Positions 7,943-16,485 of a stretch of 47,032 nucleotides of DNA are shown in pieces. Under the pieces are notes generated by a model. That model worked only from the letters and a program-made list of their open reading frames with translations, was not told where the DNA came from and searched no databases. The stretch is from IMG/VR virus record IMGVR_UViG_3300020121_000217, positions 1-47,032 of that record; one strand, 5' to 3'. The position numbers and the translations under genes were made by a program. The DNA comes from a virus. Within the stretch, counting starts at the first letter, position 1. Each line of letters starts with the position of its first letter.

Positions 7943-9466
7943 TCAGATCCAGAAGGCGCCGGGTTCGGCGTCTTCGTGGTCGGTGATTCCCGGCGCGATC
8001 CGCAGGGCCGCGTAGGTGCCGCCGGTCGCGCCGACGATCGGGGTGATGTCGGTGTTGCCGCGCCGGGCCCACGCGGATCCGTCGCCGAGGTTGCGGATAC
8101 GGGCGCCGCCGAGGGCGGCGTTCAGGGGCGCTTCGTCCATGTGGACGACCTGGCGCTGGTTGACGGCGTCGACGAACACACCCCAGGCGAGCGCTGTCTG
8201 TACGGCGTCGAGGATCAGGAGATTGCCGTGGTGGAGCCGGCCGTCGCCGCCTTCGTCCTCCGGCACCGGTTCGGTGATCCCGACGCCGGCGAGGCCTTCC
8301 CGGAACGTCATGGCCGGCGACTTCCCGCCGTCGATGATCCACAGCACCGGCTTCCACCGGTCGTTGAGCGCCGCGGCGCGATCGACGATCCAGCCGGTAC
8401 CCGGCCGGTGGTCGGCCATCGAGATCAGGACCCGGCCGTCGGCCAGGACACCGGCCATGACGATCGACGCCGACGACCGGTCCGGTGACACGTCGATCAT
8501 GCACACCGGACGTTCCGGGCGTTCGCCGGCCGCGACGATCAGGTCGCGCCACAGCTCGTCGGAGATGACGCCACACCCGCCGGCGCGGGGGAGCCAGACG
8601 CCGAGACGTTCGGCGGGGAACTTCGCGCCGAGGCCGGACGGGCGGTGCTCGCCGGCGACGAACCGCTCCGTGATCCGCACACCGAGGGCCGGGTTCGCCT
8701 GATACCACAGGTCCTGGTCGGCGGTCTGCTCGGTGATGTTCTTGTCGCCGAGGTTGAGGTCCAGGCCCCAGTCGAGCCAGCACACGTCCGGGGCGCCGGC
8801 CTCGCCGTCCTCTTTCAGGTCGTACGCCCACGCTGTCGGCACGTCGGGCGGTGTGCCGAAGATCCAGACCTGCGGATCCGGCTGCGCCGACATCGTCGGG
8901 ATCGCGGCCGCCATCATCAGCGGCTGTAGTTCCTGGCCCTCGTCGAGGACGACCCGAGGTGAGGAGAAACCGCGGCCGCCGGTGCGCGTGCGGGACATGA
9001 ACTTCAGGCGCTGCCCGGATCGCAGGATGATGGCCTGCTCGCCGTTGGTTTCCCGGATCGCGTGGATCTTCGGCCGCAGCCAGTCCGAGCCGTCGAGGAC
9101 GTCTTTCATGCGAAGGAACGCTTCCTGCGCCGTCGGGTACAGGTGCGCGGAGTGCGTGACCAGCGGCACCTGGAAGCCGGGGAGGAACAGCCAGGCGAGT
9201 TCGAGGGCGAGGATGATGTCGCCCTTGCCGTTCTGGCGTGGAACCCAGCAGCCGATCTTCCAGGCCGCCCACTGGTCCTGGTCTATGCGGCCGAGGCCTT
9301 GGCGTAGGACGAACTGCTGCCATTCGTCGAGTTCGCGGCCGACGACCGCCTCGTACAGGTCGATGACCTCATCGGCGTCGGAGTACGCGGCCGGCGGGTA
9401 GTTAGCTACCCGCGGCAGTTGCGAGCCGCGCCGCGCGGCGACGAGCGATCTCGTCAAGCGGGTCAC
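7943..9466 (-). CDS. Terminase large subunit (about 507 aa; start uncertain)
   Basis: Frame of ORF 7943-9883. The first usable starts upstream of DEVIDLYEAVVGRELDEWQQFVL are GTG 9466 and TTG 9457. VPRQNGKGD (Walker A-like) and VVLDEGQE (Walker B-like) are present. Confidence 0.85.
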   Translation of the reverse strand: MTRLTRSLVAARRGSQLPRVANYPPAAYSDADEVIDLYEAVVGRELDEWQQFVLRQGLGRIDQDQWAAWKIGCWVPRQNGKGDIILALELAWLFLPGFQVPLVTHSAHLYPTAQEAFLRMKDVLDGSDWLRPKIHAIRETNGEQAIILRSGQRLKFMSRTRTGGRGFSSPRVVLDEGQELQPLMMAAAIPTMSAQPDPQVWIFGTPPDVPTAWAYDLKEDGEAGAPDVCWLDWGLDLNLGDKNITEQTADQDLWYQANPALGVRITERFVAGEHRPSGLGAKFPAERLGVWLPRAGGCGVISDELWRDLIVAAGERPERPVCMIDVSPDRSSASIVMAGVLADGRVLISMADHRPGTGWIVDRAAALNDRWKPVLWIIDGGKSPAMTFREGLAGVGITEPVPEDEGGDGRLHHGNLLILDAVQTALAWGVFVDAVNQRQVVHMDEAPLNAALGGARIRNLGDGSAWARRGNTDITPIVGATGGTYAALRIAPGITDHEDAEPGAFWI

Positions 9467-9995
9467 CGGCCTTATCCGCGTGGGCGCCGGCTGTGCCGGT
9501 GGCGTTGGACTGGCGGAGCTCGGTGACGAGTCCGCGCAGCGTCGTTGCGTGCATCCGGGCCTGGGACAGCGCGTTGTCGATGACGATGACCATCGGCGCG
9601 TCGTCGTCGGCGCCGGCGCGGAGTTCCATCCAGGTGATCTGGTCGCCGGCGAGGACGGCGTCCAGGAGGTCGAGCCGGTCGGCGATCCGGCATGTCTCCT
9701 CGATGAGCACGACCTCCGCCGGATTCCTTCGGCCGTCGTTGAGCTGCGCCCAGAGGCGCCGGCCGCGCGGGCCGAACCGCGGCGGTTCCGCCGGCGCGGC
9801 CGCGGCCGTGACCGGCGGCGTGACCGGATCCGGTGAGGCGGCGGGTGTGACAGGTGTGACCGCCGGTGTGACGGGTGGGGCATCCACCGTGGTCGTCACG
9901 GTCGCGAAGGCCGGACACCTCGCCGGATCGCACAGGAGGTGATTGCCGGCGCGGTGTGCTCGGGAGCGCCGTTGCCGCTCGGCCGGGGTCGACAT
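9402..9995 (-). CDS. Putative terminase small subunit (197 aa)
   Basis: Lies between HNH and TerL and has a basic N-terminus. The call rests on position only. Confidence 0.55.
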   Translation of the reverse strand: MSTPAERQRRSRAHRAGNHLLCDPARCPAFATVTTTVDAPPVTPAVTPVTPAASPDPVTPPVTAAAAPAEPPRFGPRGRRLWAQLNDGRRNPAEVVLIEETCRIADRLDLLDAVLAGDQITWMELRAGADDDAPMVIVIDNALSQARMHATTLRGLVTELRQSNATGTAGAHADKAGDPLDEIARRRAARLATAAGS

Positions 9996-10106
9996 GGTTA
10001 CCGCCTCCCGGCCGGGGGTGAAGATCCATCGCGGAGGGAGAAAAAGGTGTCTTGGCGTGAGGTCACCAAGAGAAAATCGACATTATGGCCGACCGCCCCC
10101 CTAGTT

Positions 10107-10388
10107 TCACCAGGTCAGAGCAGGCCGGAACATCACGAAGTCGATCTTGTTGCTGCGCTCCCGGTTGCAGGCGCGGCCACAGGTCGGGCACCTGCCATTG
10201 CTGCCGTGGCTCGGCCGCATGGCGTGCGGGTCGACCGGCTGGTCCGGATCCAGGCTGACCGGCATGATGTGGTCGGCCTCGATCGAGCCATCGTGTCCGC
10301 AGTGGATACAGACCCGGCCGTAGATCGCGAACATCTGCGCCCGGGCGGTGCGGTAGGCATGGCCGCTACGGTGCGGACTACGGGGCAT
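10107..10388 (-). CDS. HNH endonuclease (93 aa), terminase-associated
   Basis: ATG 10388 lies 5 nt after GGAGG. CIHCGHDGSIEADHIMP...HGSNGRCPTCGRACN fits the HNH/zinc pattern. Adjacent to terS as in HK97-like cos phages. Confidence 0.8.
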   Translation of the reverse strand: MPRSPHRSGHAYRTARAQMFAIYGRVCIHCGHDGSIEADHIMPVSLDPDQPVDPHAMRPSHGSNGRCPTCGRACNRERSNKIDFVMFRPALTW

Positions 10389-10410
10389 GACGGCCTCCGG
10401 ATACACGGAA

Positions 10411-10442
10411 AGCCAGAACGTGCGCTAGGCACACTTCTGGCT
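10411..10442 (-). terminator. Hairpin at the early/late operon boundary (8-bp outer stem plus inner GTGC/GCAC)
   Basis: AGCCAGAA...TTCTGGCT read directly; weak T tail. Confidence 0.35.
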
Positions 10443-10511
10443 CCGTCTGAATCATGGCGTCTATAGGACGTTTCCGCAAGCCACCGGCTGTGTGATCTTG
10501 GCTGTGTATCG

Positions 10512-10883
10512 CTACCGGTTCTTCCGCTGCTTACGACCGTAGGCGGTGTGCATACGGCGGATGCGGATCCGCTTCTCCTGGTCGACCTCGGTCCTGAGGC
10601 CGGATAGCAACCTGACGGCCTTGGCCATAGCCTCCATGAACGGACTCACGTCGGCGACAAACCTGACCATCGCGGTATTCACCTGCCGTGCAGCGCGGTC
10701 CCACCGTTGCCGGATCAACTCGGCCTGCCATCCGGTCAGGACGACGCCATTCGTAGCCATCCAGCGGACAGCCTGCAGGCCATCCACTGGACGGCTGTGG
10801 AGGTCCGGGGTCCAGCGCATCGCGTCGGAGCTGAGCACATCGTCGAGCGTGTGATCGATCGTGTCGAGAATGTCCTGCGTCAT
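10512..10883 (-). CDS. Hypothetical early protein (123 aa)
   Basis: ATG 10883 (MTQDILD) overlaps the upstream stop (ATGA); natural composition. Confidence 0.65.
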   Translation of the reverse strand: MTQDILDTIDHTLDDVLSSDAMRWTPDLHSRPVDGLQAVRWMATNGVVLTGWQAELIRQRWDRAARQVNTAMVRFVADVSPFMEAMAKAVRLLSGLRTEVDQEKRIRIRRMHTAYGRKQRKNR

Positions 10884-11299
10884 GCTGGCCGCCACTCTTC
10901 GCGGTAGTCGGAATGACTGGCGTACGGAAGCGCGAGCAGGCGGACAGTCTTGCACCAACCGTTGACCTCGTAGTAGGTCTCATCCCGGTCATGGGCGCAG
11001 ATCCAGCAGGCGATCGCCGCAGGATTGAAGCGGTCGGGGTGGTGCTCGTGCTCGTCGAGGATGGCCCGCTTGGCTGCGACTTCGTCCCGGACTCGCTTCG
11101 GATGCCACCGGGCGATGTGCGGACCACGATCGACACCTCCTAGCGACGGTCCGACCGGAATGCCACCGTCATTCACCACGGTGGTACGCGAGTCCTTCCG
11201 CCACACCCATTCGCCCGGATGCTTCGGATCGAACGCTGCGTCTGCGATCAGCGCATCCTCGGCGAGACGGGCTCGGATGAAATCCTCTAAGGCGGTCAT
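10880..11299 (-). CDS. Hypothetical protein, DUF6221-like pattern (139 aa)
   Basis: ATGA overlap. HIARWHPKRVRDEVAAKRAILDEH...CWIC...LLALPYASHSDYREEW resembles a family common in actinophages (recalled from memory, not searched). Confidence 0.65.
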   Translation of the reverse strand: MTALEDFIRARLAEDALIADAAFDPKHPGEWVWRKDSRTTVVNDGGIPVGPSLGGVDRGPHIARWHPKRVRDEVAAKRAILDEHEHHPDRFNPAAIACWICAHDRDETYYEVNGWCKTVRLLALPYASHSDYREEWRPA

Positions 11300-11565
11300 G
11301 GGCGTTCGATCTCGGCCAGGCGACGCGCCCACATCGCGATCGCGGCGTCGAGAGCGGCGAGCGTCGATGGGCTCGATGCGACGGCTGGGCGTAGCTCGAG
11401 CAGCGAGGCGATGCGTCGGCGTGCCTCCCGGCGCTCAAACGGGCGCAGGATCGGTGAAAGCCACGGTTCGAAGAGACGCCGGGCAATCCAGTTGAAGATT
11501 TGCGTCAGCCAACTGAATGGCGGTGTCCGTTCCATCCAGCGACTACACGCGGCGAGCGCGCTCAT
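11296..11565 (-). CDS. Hypothetical protein (89 aa)
   Basis: ATG 11565 overlaps the upstream stop (ATGA). Confidence 0.6.
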   Translation of the reverse strand: MSALAACSRWMERTPPFSWLTQIFNWIARRLFEPWLSPILRPFERREARRRIASLLELRPAVASSPSTLAALDAAIAMWARRLAEIERP

Positions 11566-11840
11566 CCTGCTCCTCCGGCTGCGTTCATTGCGTTCTGCAC
11601 GATGATTGTGTCGTAGAGCACGCCGCCGCATCCGCAGAGAATCCGGCCGTCCGTAAGCTCCGAAGACCAACCAGCATGATCGGCGTGCTCGGGCTGCAGC
11701 CGTTTCAGCTCGTCGACGATGGCGTCGAGTTCGGTGAAGATTTCGCGGTGAGCTTCGGGCATTGTGTCGAGTGGGCCCGTGAAGGAAATAGAACTGGCCG
11801 GGATGGTGAAGGATCCAGTCGTGACGTCGGTTCTGTTCAT
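11562..11840 (-). CDS. Hypothetical protein (92 aa)
   Basis: ATG 11840 overlaps the upstream stop (ATGA). Confidence 0.6.
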   Translation of the reverse strand: MNRTDVTTGSFTIPASSISFTGPLDTMPEAHREIFTELDAIVDELKRLQPEHADHAGWSSELTDGRILCGCGGVLYDTIIVQNAMNAAGGAG

Positions 11841-12022
11841 CGGATTGTTAGGGCCTTGATGCAGTTTGTCGAGCAGACATCCCATTCCGTACGCGGATCG
11901 TCGCCGAGCATTCGGGTGTCTATGCCGTCAGGATGGCGCCGAATCTGGAACCAGCCTACGAGGCCCCGGATCGGTCCGGTCGCGCCGCAGTTGTCGCAGG
12001 TGATCGCCGTCGTGATGGTCAT
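11837..12022 (-). CDS. Hypothetical small Cys-containing protein (61 aa; CDNCG...CSTNC)
   Basis: ORF-track ORF with a 4-nt overlap with the upstream gene. Confidence 0.6.
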   Translation of the reverse strand: MTITTAITCDNCGATGPIRGLVGWFQIRRHPDGIDTRMLGDDPRTEWDVCSTNCIKALTIR

Positions 12023-12339
12023 CGTTCAATCTCCAGCACTTCCCTGGCGGCTACGGCCGCAGGACCGCGTCCGAGCGTCTTCCGCTGCCGGCTGGCGCCC
12101 ATATCGGCGCCGAACCGCGCCACCTTTCGGCCAATGCCTCTGACGGAGACGTTGACATGCATATCGCCGCCCTTATAGGTGCGAAATGTGTCAGATGGAC
12201 CGGTCGTTTCGATCTGCTCGACGTCCACCTTGATGATGGCTTCGATCTCGTCGTCGATCTCAACGGCGAACAGTGTGCCGTCCGCCATCCGGATCGCAAC
12301 GCCGGCCCAGACGGGCACTGCGAAGAGTTTACTGCTCAT
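12019..12339 (-). CDS. Hypothetical protein (106 aa)
   Basis: ATG 12339 overlaps the upstream stop (ATGA). Confidence 0.6.
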   Translation of the reverse strand: MSSKLFAVPVWAGVAIRMADGTLFAVEIDDEIEAIIKVDVEQIETTGPSDTFRTYKGGDMHVNVSVRGIGRKVARFGADMGASRQRKTLGRGPAAVAAREVLEIER

Positions 12340-12956
12340 GGCTGCTCCGAGTTGTTGTAGTGGCGGACGTATTCGGCAAGAAGGCCGATGGTGCCGGTGG
12401 CGGACTCCCAGACGGTTCGGCATTCGATGCAGACGGCCTCCTGGGGGTCGAGGCGTACGCGGATGGTGCCTCGCTGCGTACAGACGGGGCACGGGACACG
12501 GAGGCGGCGTGGTGGCGTGTCCCAGCCGGTCGTAATCCGCGCCCACGTGGTCCAGGTGCCGACGTCGCGCAGGAGCCGGACCCGGGACCGGTCGGTGAGC
12601 GAGTCGTCGCCGACGAGACGCCGGAGTGCGCGGCGTGGGTCTCGGTAGGTGTTGGTCCAGGAGGCGATGCCTTCGAGGATCGAGGCGAGCATGTCGATCG
12701 CCTCGATCCTCGCCGCCGGCGCGGATTCGTAGCCGCGGGCGACGCCTACGCCGGTTGATGGTTCGACGGCAAGCGCGAGCTGGTCGAGGAGGCTGGGGAA
12801 GCGGACGCGGTGGATGCGGACGGTCTGGGCGGGCCGTCCGTTGGGGATGGGGCTGCGGAGCTGGATGGTTTCGGCGTGTTCGTAGGGGTCGGCGAGTGCG
12901 GCGATGCGGTCGGCGAGTTCGGTACGTGGGTCGGTATGCGGGTCGGTCATGATCAT
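12336..12956 (-). CDS. Hypothetical protein with C-terminal CxxC...CxxC zinc-ribbon-like motif (about 206 aa)
   Basis: Natural-composition part of ORF 12336-13109. Starts at ATG 12956 or 12950. Motif: CPVCTQRG...CIECRT. Confidence 0.6.
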   Translation of the reverse strand: MIMTDPHTDPRTELADRIAALADPYEHAETIQLRSPIPNGRPAQTVRIHRVRFPSLLDQLALAVEPSTGVGVARGYESAPAARIEAIDMLASILEGIASWTNTYRDPRRALRRLVGDDSLTDRSRVRLLRDVGTWTTWARITTGWDTPPRRLRVPCPVCTQRGTIRVRLDPQEAVCIECRTVWESATGTIGLLAEYVRHYNNSEQP

Positions 12957-12987
12957 TCTTCCAGCCCGGCTTTTTCTGTGACTTTGA

Positions 12988-13470
12988 TCATTGGTTGTGC
13001 CGGTCAGCGGTTTTTGAGTTTGGTGGCAATGGCTGGTTGGCCGCACGGGCTGATACCTGGTCGGCCTGGGCGGCCGCGAGTTGGTCGGCGAGGTCACGCA
13101 TTTCGTCACGTAGCCGTGCCTCGCTGGCGGCGAGTTCGGTGTTCTCGGCTTCGAGCTGCCGGCACGTGAGCTTGCCGGGGCCGCCGGCGAACGCGATGTG
13201 CGCGGCGGCGAGGCGGTCGCGGAGCCGTGCGTTTTCGGCGGCCATCGCGGTGCCGCAGGGGTCGCCGATGACGTCGCGGAGTGATCCGATGTAGGCGCGT
13301 AGGCGCAGGATCCGGTCGCCGGCGTGCCGGAGGTCGGTTTCGCCGGCGACGATCGCCGATTCGGCGAATGCGAGCCGGGTGCGGAGGTCGGCGAGTTCGC
13401 TGAGGTGGGTGACGCACACGCTGTGGCGGTGCTGTTCGCGTCGGGCCCGGATCCCGAAGAGCGTGATCAT
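12988..13470 (-). CDS. Hypothetical coiled-coil protein (160 aa)
   Basis: ORF-track ORF with heptad-like Leu/Ala/Arg/Glu-rich sequence. Confidence 0.6.
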   Translation of the reverse strand: MITLFGIRARREQHRHSVCVTHLSELADLRTRLAFAESAIVAGETDLRHAGDRILRLRAYIGSLRDVIGDPCGTAMAAENARLRDRLAAAHIAFAGGPGKLTCRQLEAENTELAASEARLRDEMRDLADQLAAAQADQVSARAANQPLPPNSKTADRHNQ

Positions 13471-13601
13471 GATTGGTTCCCTGGTGTGGCTACGGTGGCC
13501 AGCGTGGACAGCGGCGAGCGCTGGCCGGGTTTCAGTGTGCGCAGGATGTCCCAGCTGATTCCGCCGACGTCTTCGCGGGCGGCGAGCCGGTCGAGGTCGC
13601 C

Positions 13602-14138
13602 CTATCGGTAGAGGCCGATGTAGTGGCCGCCGTAGCCCTTGATGGAGTGGGCGACGGCGATGATGCCGGTGCGGTCGAGGTGGTCGAGGTCGGTGCGGCG
13701 GATGTGGAGTTCGGCGGCGGCCTGGTCGGGTCCGAGGAGCCAGCCGGTGTGGTTCGCGGTCCGGAGTGCTGCCGCGGATCGGAACGCGGCGATGGCGTGG
13801 CCGTCGAAGACCGGGGTGTCGCGGCTGTAGTGGTGGACGGCGAGGCGGCCTTGGCGGTCGAGTTCGTGGACGGCGTGGGGTTTGACGTCGAATCCGAACC
13901 GTGAGGTGAAGAATTTCGCGGTGTCGAAGGCGCCCATGTCGGGGACGTTGCCGATCGCGCGCCGGAGCTCGGCCTGGTCGCGGAGGGCGATGGTGTCAGC
14001 GAGGTCGGCGGACCAGCCGCGGCTGCGGTCGCGTTCCGGGATCAGCTTGTCGCGTTCGGCGCGGTGGATCTGCCATTCGGCGAGGTGCAGGCGTTCGCCG
14101 AGTGCGGCCGCGGTGAGTGCTGCTCTTCTACCAGCCAT
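13602..14138 (-). CDS. Hypothetical protein (178 aa)
   Basis: ORF-track ORF with an 11-nt overlap with the upstream gene. Confidence 0.6.
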   Translation of the reverse strand: MAGRRAALTAAALGERLHLAEWQIHRAERDKLIPERDRSRGWSADLADTIALRDQAELRRAIGNVPDMGAFDTAKFFTSRFGFDVKPHAVHELDRQGRLAVHHYSRDTPVFDGHAIAAFRSAAALRTANHTGWLLGPDQAAAELHIRRTDLDHLDRTGIIAVAHSIKGYGGHYIGLYR

Positions 14139-14781
14139 GGTCGTCCTCGTCGGCGTCGACGCGGTTGTCGACGATGGTCACGATGGCGGAGACGCGGCGG
14201 TTGACGAGTTCGCGGCGGCCGGGCCATTTGGCGACGTCTTCGCGGGCTTCGGCTTCCGAGCCGCACCAGGTGTAGGACCAGTTCCCGGAGCCGGCGCCGA
14301 TGTCGTGGCGCACACCCCATTCGGTTTCGACGCCGGCGAGGGCTTCGGCGGCCGCGGTCGCGCGGAACGTGGCGTCGGGGCCGATGCGCGTGTTCTCGAT
14401 TTCGCCGAGGACCTGGGCGCGGATGACGTCGACGCCGATGCGGAATTCGCGGTTCGCGGCCATCTCGGGGGCTTCGGCGCTGCGGCCGGTGAGGACGGCG
14501 ATGCGGTGGGCGGCGTTGGTGTAGACGGCGTTGGCGGCGTTGGCGCGGGTGACGGGTGCGGAGCGCCAGTACCAGCGGGGTACGACATCGCCGCCGTAGG
14601 TCGCGGCCCACAGTTGGGCGTCGTCGGCGTCGCCGCATTCGATCCAGCCCCAGACGGTTGCGACGCCGTATCGCAGCCACCATTCGCCGGCGGCGGCGAG
14701 GCCTTGGCAGCGGTCGCATTCGGTGAGCGGCGTGACGGATGCCTCGGTGGTGGCCGTGGCGAGTCCTGGTGGTTCGGTCAT
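14128..14781 (-). CDS. Hypothetical protein (217 aa)
   Basis: ATG 14781 overlaps the upstream stop (ATGA). Confidence 0.6.
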   Translation of the reverse strand: MTEPPGLATATTEASVTPLTECDRCQGLAAAGEWWLRYGVATVWGWIECGDADDAQLWAATYGGDVVPRWYWRSAPVTRANAANAVYTNAAHRIAVLTGRSAEAPEMAANREFRIGVDVIRAQVLGEIENTRIGPDATFRATAAAEALAGVETEWGVRHDIGAGSGNWSYTWCGSEAEAREDVAKWPGRRELVNRRVSAIVTIVDNRVDADEDDHGW

Positions 14782-15638
14782 GAGGCTCTCCGATCTGGAC
14801 GGCGAAACGGAATGATCTTGGCGGTCGGTTCTGCGGGTTCGGGAGTATGAACCATCGGCGGATCGGGATCTCGGTTCGGTGGTGTTTCGCGCGTATCACC
14901 GTGAGGTTCGGTCAAAAGCTCAGCCGTCGGATGGTTGGTCGGTTCTAAGGTGGTAGGTCTCTGGTAGGTAGCACCCCGTCCGGTGGGGTGCAGATCGGTC
15001 GTCAAACGGGGTGCAGATCGGTTTTCGGGCACCGTCAAATGGGGTGCAGATCGGTCTGGTGGCCCGGTTTCTGCACCCCGTGCGGTGGGGTGCAGGTCGG
15101 TGTTGTCCACAGGGGCCGGATCCGTCGTCCCCAGGTTGTCCACAACTCCTGGCGTTTCTGCACCCCGTGCGGTGGGGTGCAGATCATCCGCGTCGGTGTC
15201 TTCCGCACCCTGTCCGGTGGGGTGCAGGTCGGCGCTATCGGTGGTGTATTCGCCTTTTTTCGCGGCCCGGATCTTCTCGATCGCGAGGTCCGCGGCCGCG
15301 GGTGTCGGGACATCGATGCGTTCCATGACGTCGGGGTGCAGGATCAGCTGGTATCGGGTTGCGGGCGTGATCGTGCGGCCGTTGATGCGCCGCCCTGAGC
15401 CCCGGCGGACGACGCCGAGGAGGCCGGCGTTGCGCAGGATCGCCGTGTGTTTCTGGACGGTGTTGTACGACATGCTGCCGTCGTAGGCGACGCGGGCGAT
15501 GCCGGGACGGACGTTCGTGCCGTCGGGGTCGGCGTAGCTGGCGTAGATCAGCGCCACCAGCTTGGTGGTCTTGTCGAGGCGCGACCGGCGGACGATGTTG
15601 ATCCAGCCGAATGTCGCTACGCCGTAGTCGTCGGGCAC
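14778..15638 (-). CDS. Putative replication initiator-like winged-helix/HTH protein containing its own iteron array (286 aa)
   Basis: GTG 15638 lies 7 nt after AGGAG. The N-terminus (LVALIYASYADPDGTNVRPGIARVAYDGSMSYNTVQKHTAILRNAGLL) looks like a wHTH. The middle has DLHPTxxGAE peptide repeats caused by DNA iterons. Confidence 0.55.
   Translation of the reverse strand: MPDDYGVATFGWINIVRRSRLDKTTKLVALIYASYADPDGTNVRPGIARVAYDGSMSYNTVQKHTAILRNAGLLGVVRRGSGRRINGRTITPATRYQLILHPDVMERIDVPTPAAADLAIEKIRAAKKGEYTTDSADLHPTGQGAEDTDADDLHPTARGAETPGVVDNLGTTDPAPVDNTDLHPTARGAETGPPDRSAPHLTVPENRSAPRLTTDLHPTGRGATYQRPTTLEPTNHPTAELLTEPHGDTRETPPNRDPDPPMVHTPEPAEPTAKIIPFRRPDRRAS
14971..15233. repeat. Iteron/palindrome array: GGGGTGCAG(A/G)TC boxes, four of them paired as TGCACCCC-N7-GGGGTGCA palindromes (candidate ori)
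   Basis: Boxes start at 14985, 15008, 15041, 15087, 15174 and 15219, plus 15333 outside this span. Palindromes lie at 14971, 15072, 15159 and 15205. TTGTCCACA occurs at 15103 and 15136. Confidence 0.8.
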
Positions 15639-15642
15639 GTGC

Positions 15643-15852
15643 TCACTCCTGTCGGGATTCGCCGAGGATCCGCGCGGTGAGGGCGGCGGTGTCGGCCGGA
15701 GGGGCTGGGGGCGGTGTGGGGTGGCAGATGTTGGTCGGCCCGAGGGTGCAGATGGCGCAGCTTTTCGGCCGGCCGTGGGCGTCGACGACGTTCGGGTCGG
15801 GGATGAACGTGTGCGGCCGGACTTTCGGGTGGGATGCCCGGCGGCGGCTCAT
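15643..15852 (-). CDS. Hypothetical protein (69 aa)
   Basis: ORF-track ORF with ATG start. Confidence 0.5.
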   Translation of the reverse strand: MSRRRASHPKVRPHTFIPDPNVVDAHGRPKSCAICTLGPTNICHPTPPPAPPADTAALTARILGESRQE

Positions 15853-15987
15853 ACCGGCGCCCGGGCGTGGTCGTACCGGCTGTACGGGTGGTGCGGGTGG
15901 GTCACGGCGCCGGCCTCCTTCTCAGATGGCGATGGGTGTGCCGCCCCGGCCGTGGTGGCCCGGGGCGGCGTGGTGTGCGGGTGGCGG

Positions 15988-16416
15988 CTAGTCCTGGACG
16001 AGGCGGATTTCGTCGGCCTGCTCGCGCTGGCGGCGGATCACGTAGGTGCCGGTGCCGACGCCGGCGTAGCCGTGTTCGGGGTGGGCGAGGAACGCGGTCG
16101 CGCCGTCGGCGACGGTCAGGATCCCGAGGTCGAGACCGTTCGCGGGGCGGTCGACGACGTCCCACGACACGGCGCCGTCGGCGAGGAGCGTGTGGGTGTT
16201 GCCGCCGTTCTCGCCGCGTACGACGGCGACGCCGCCGGCCGGGACCGGGTTCGACGCGACGTGCGTGCCGATCCCGGCTTTGTAGCCGGGGACGACGATG
16301 ATGTCGCCCTGGGCTTGCAGGCCGGTGAGGACGGGGACCTCCAGCTGCCGGTCAAGGTGGTCGAGGACGTCGACGCCGTGGCGGCCGATGACGTCGGCGA
16401 GGGTTGCGTTGCTCAT
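15988..16416 (-). CDS. Hypothetical protein (142 aa)
   Basis: ORF-track ORF with AAGGAA upstream of the ATG. Confidence 0.65.
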   Translation of the reverse strand: MSNATLADVIGRHGVDVLDHLDRQLEVPVLTGLQAQGDIIVVPGYKAGIGTHVASNPVPAGGVAVVRGENGGNTHTLLADGAVSWDVVDRPANGLDLGILTVADGATAFLAHPEHGYAGVGTGTYVIRRQREQADEIRLVQD

Positions 16417-16485
16417 TTGTGTTCCTTTCGTTGCCGGCCGGGTGGCCGGACGGTTGGGTGGGAGATGCGCGGCGTGTTGCGCGTC

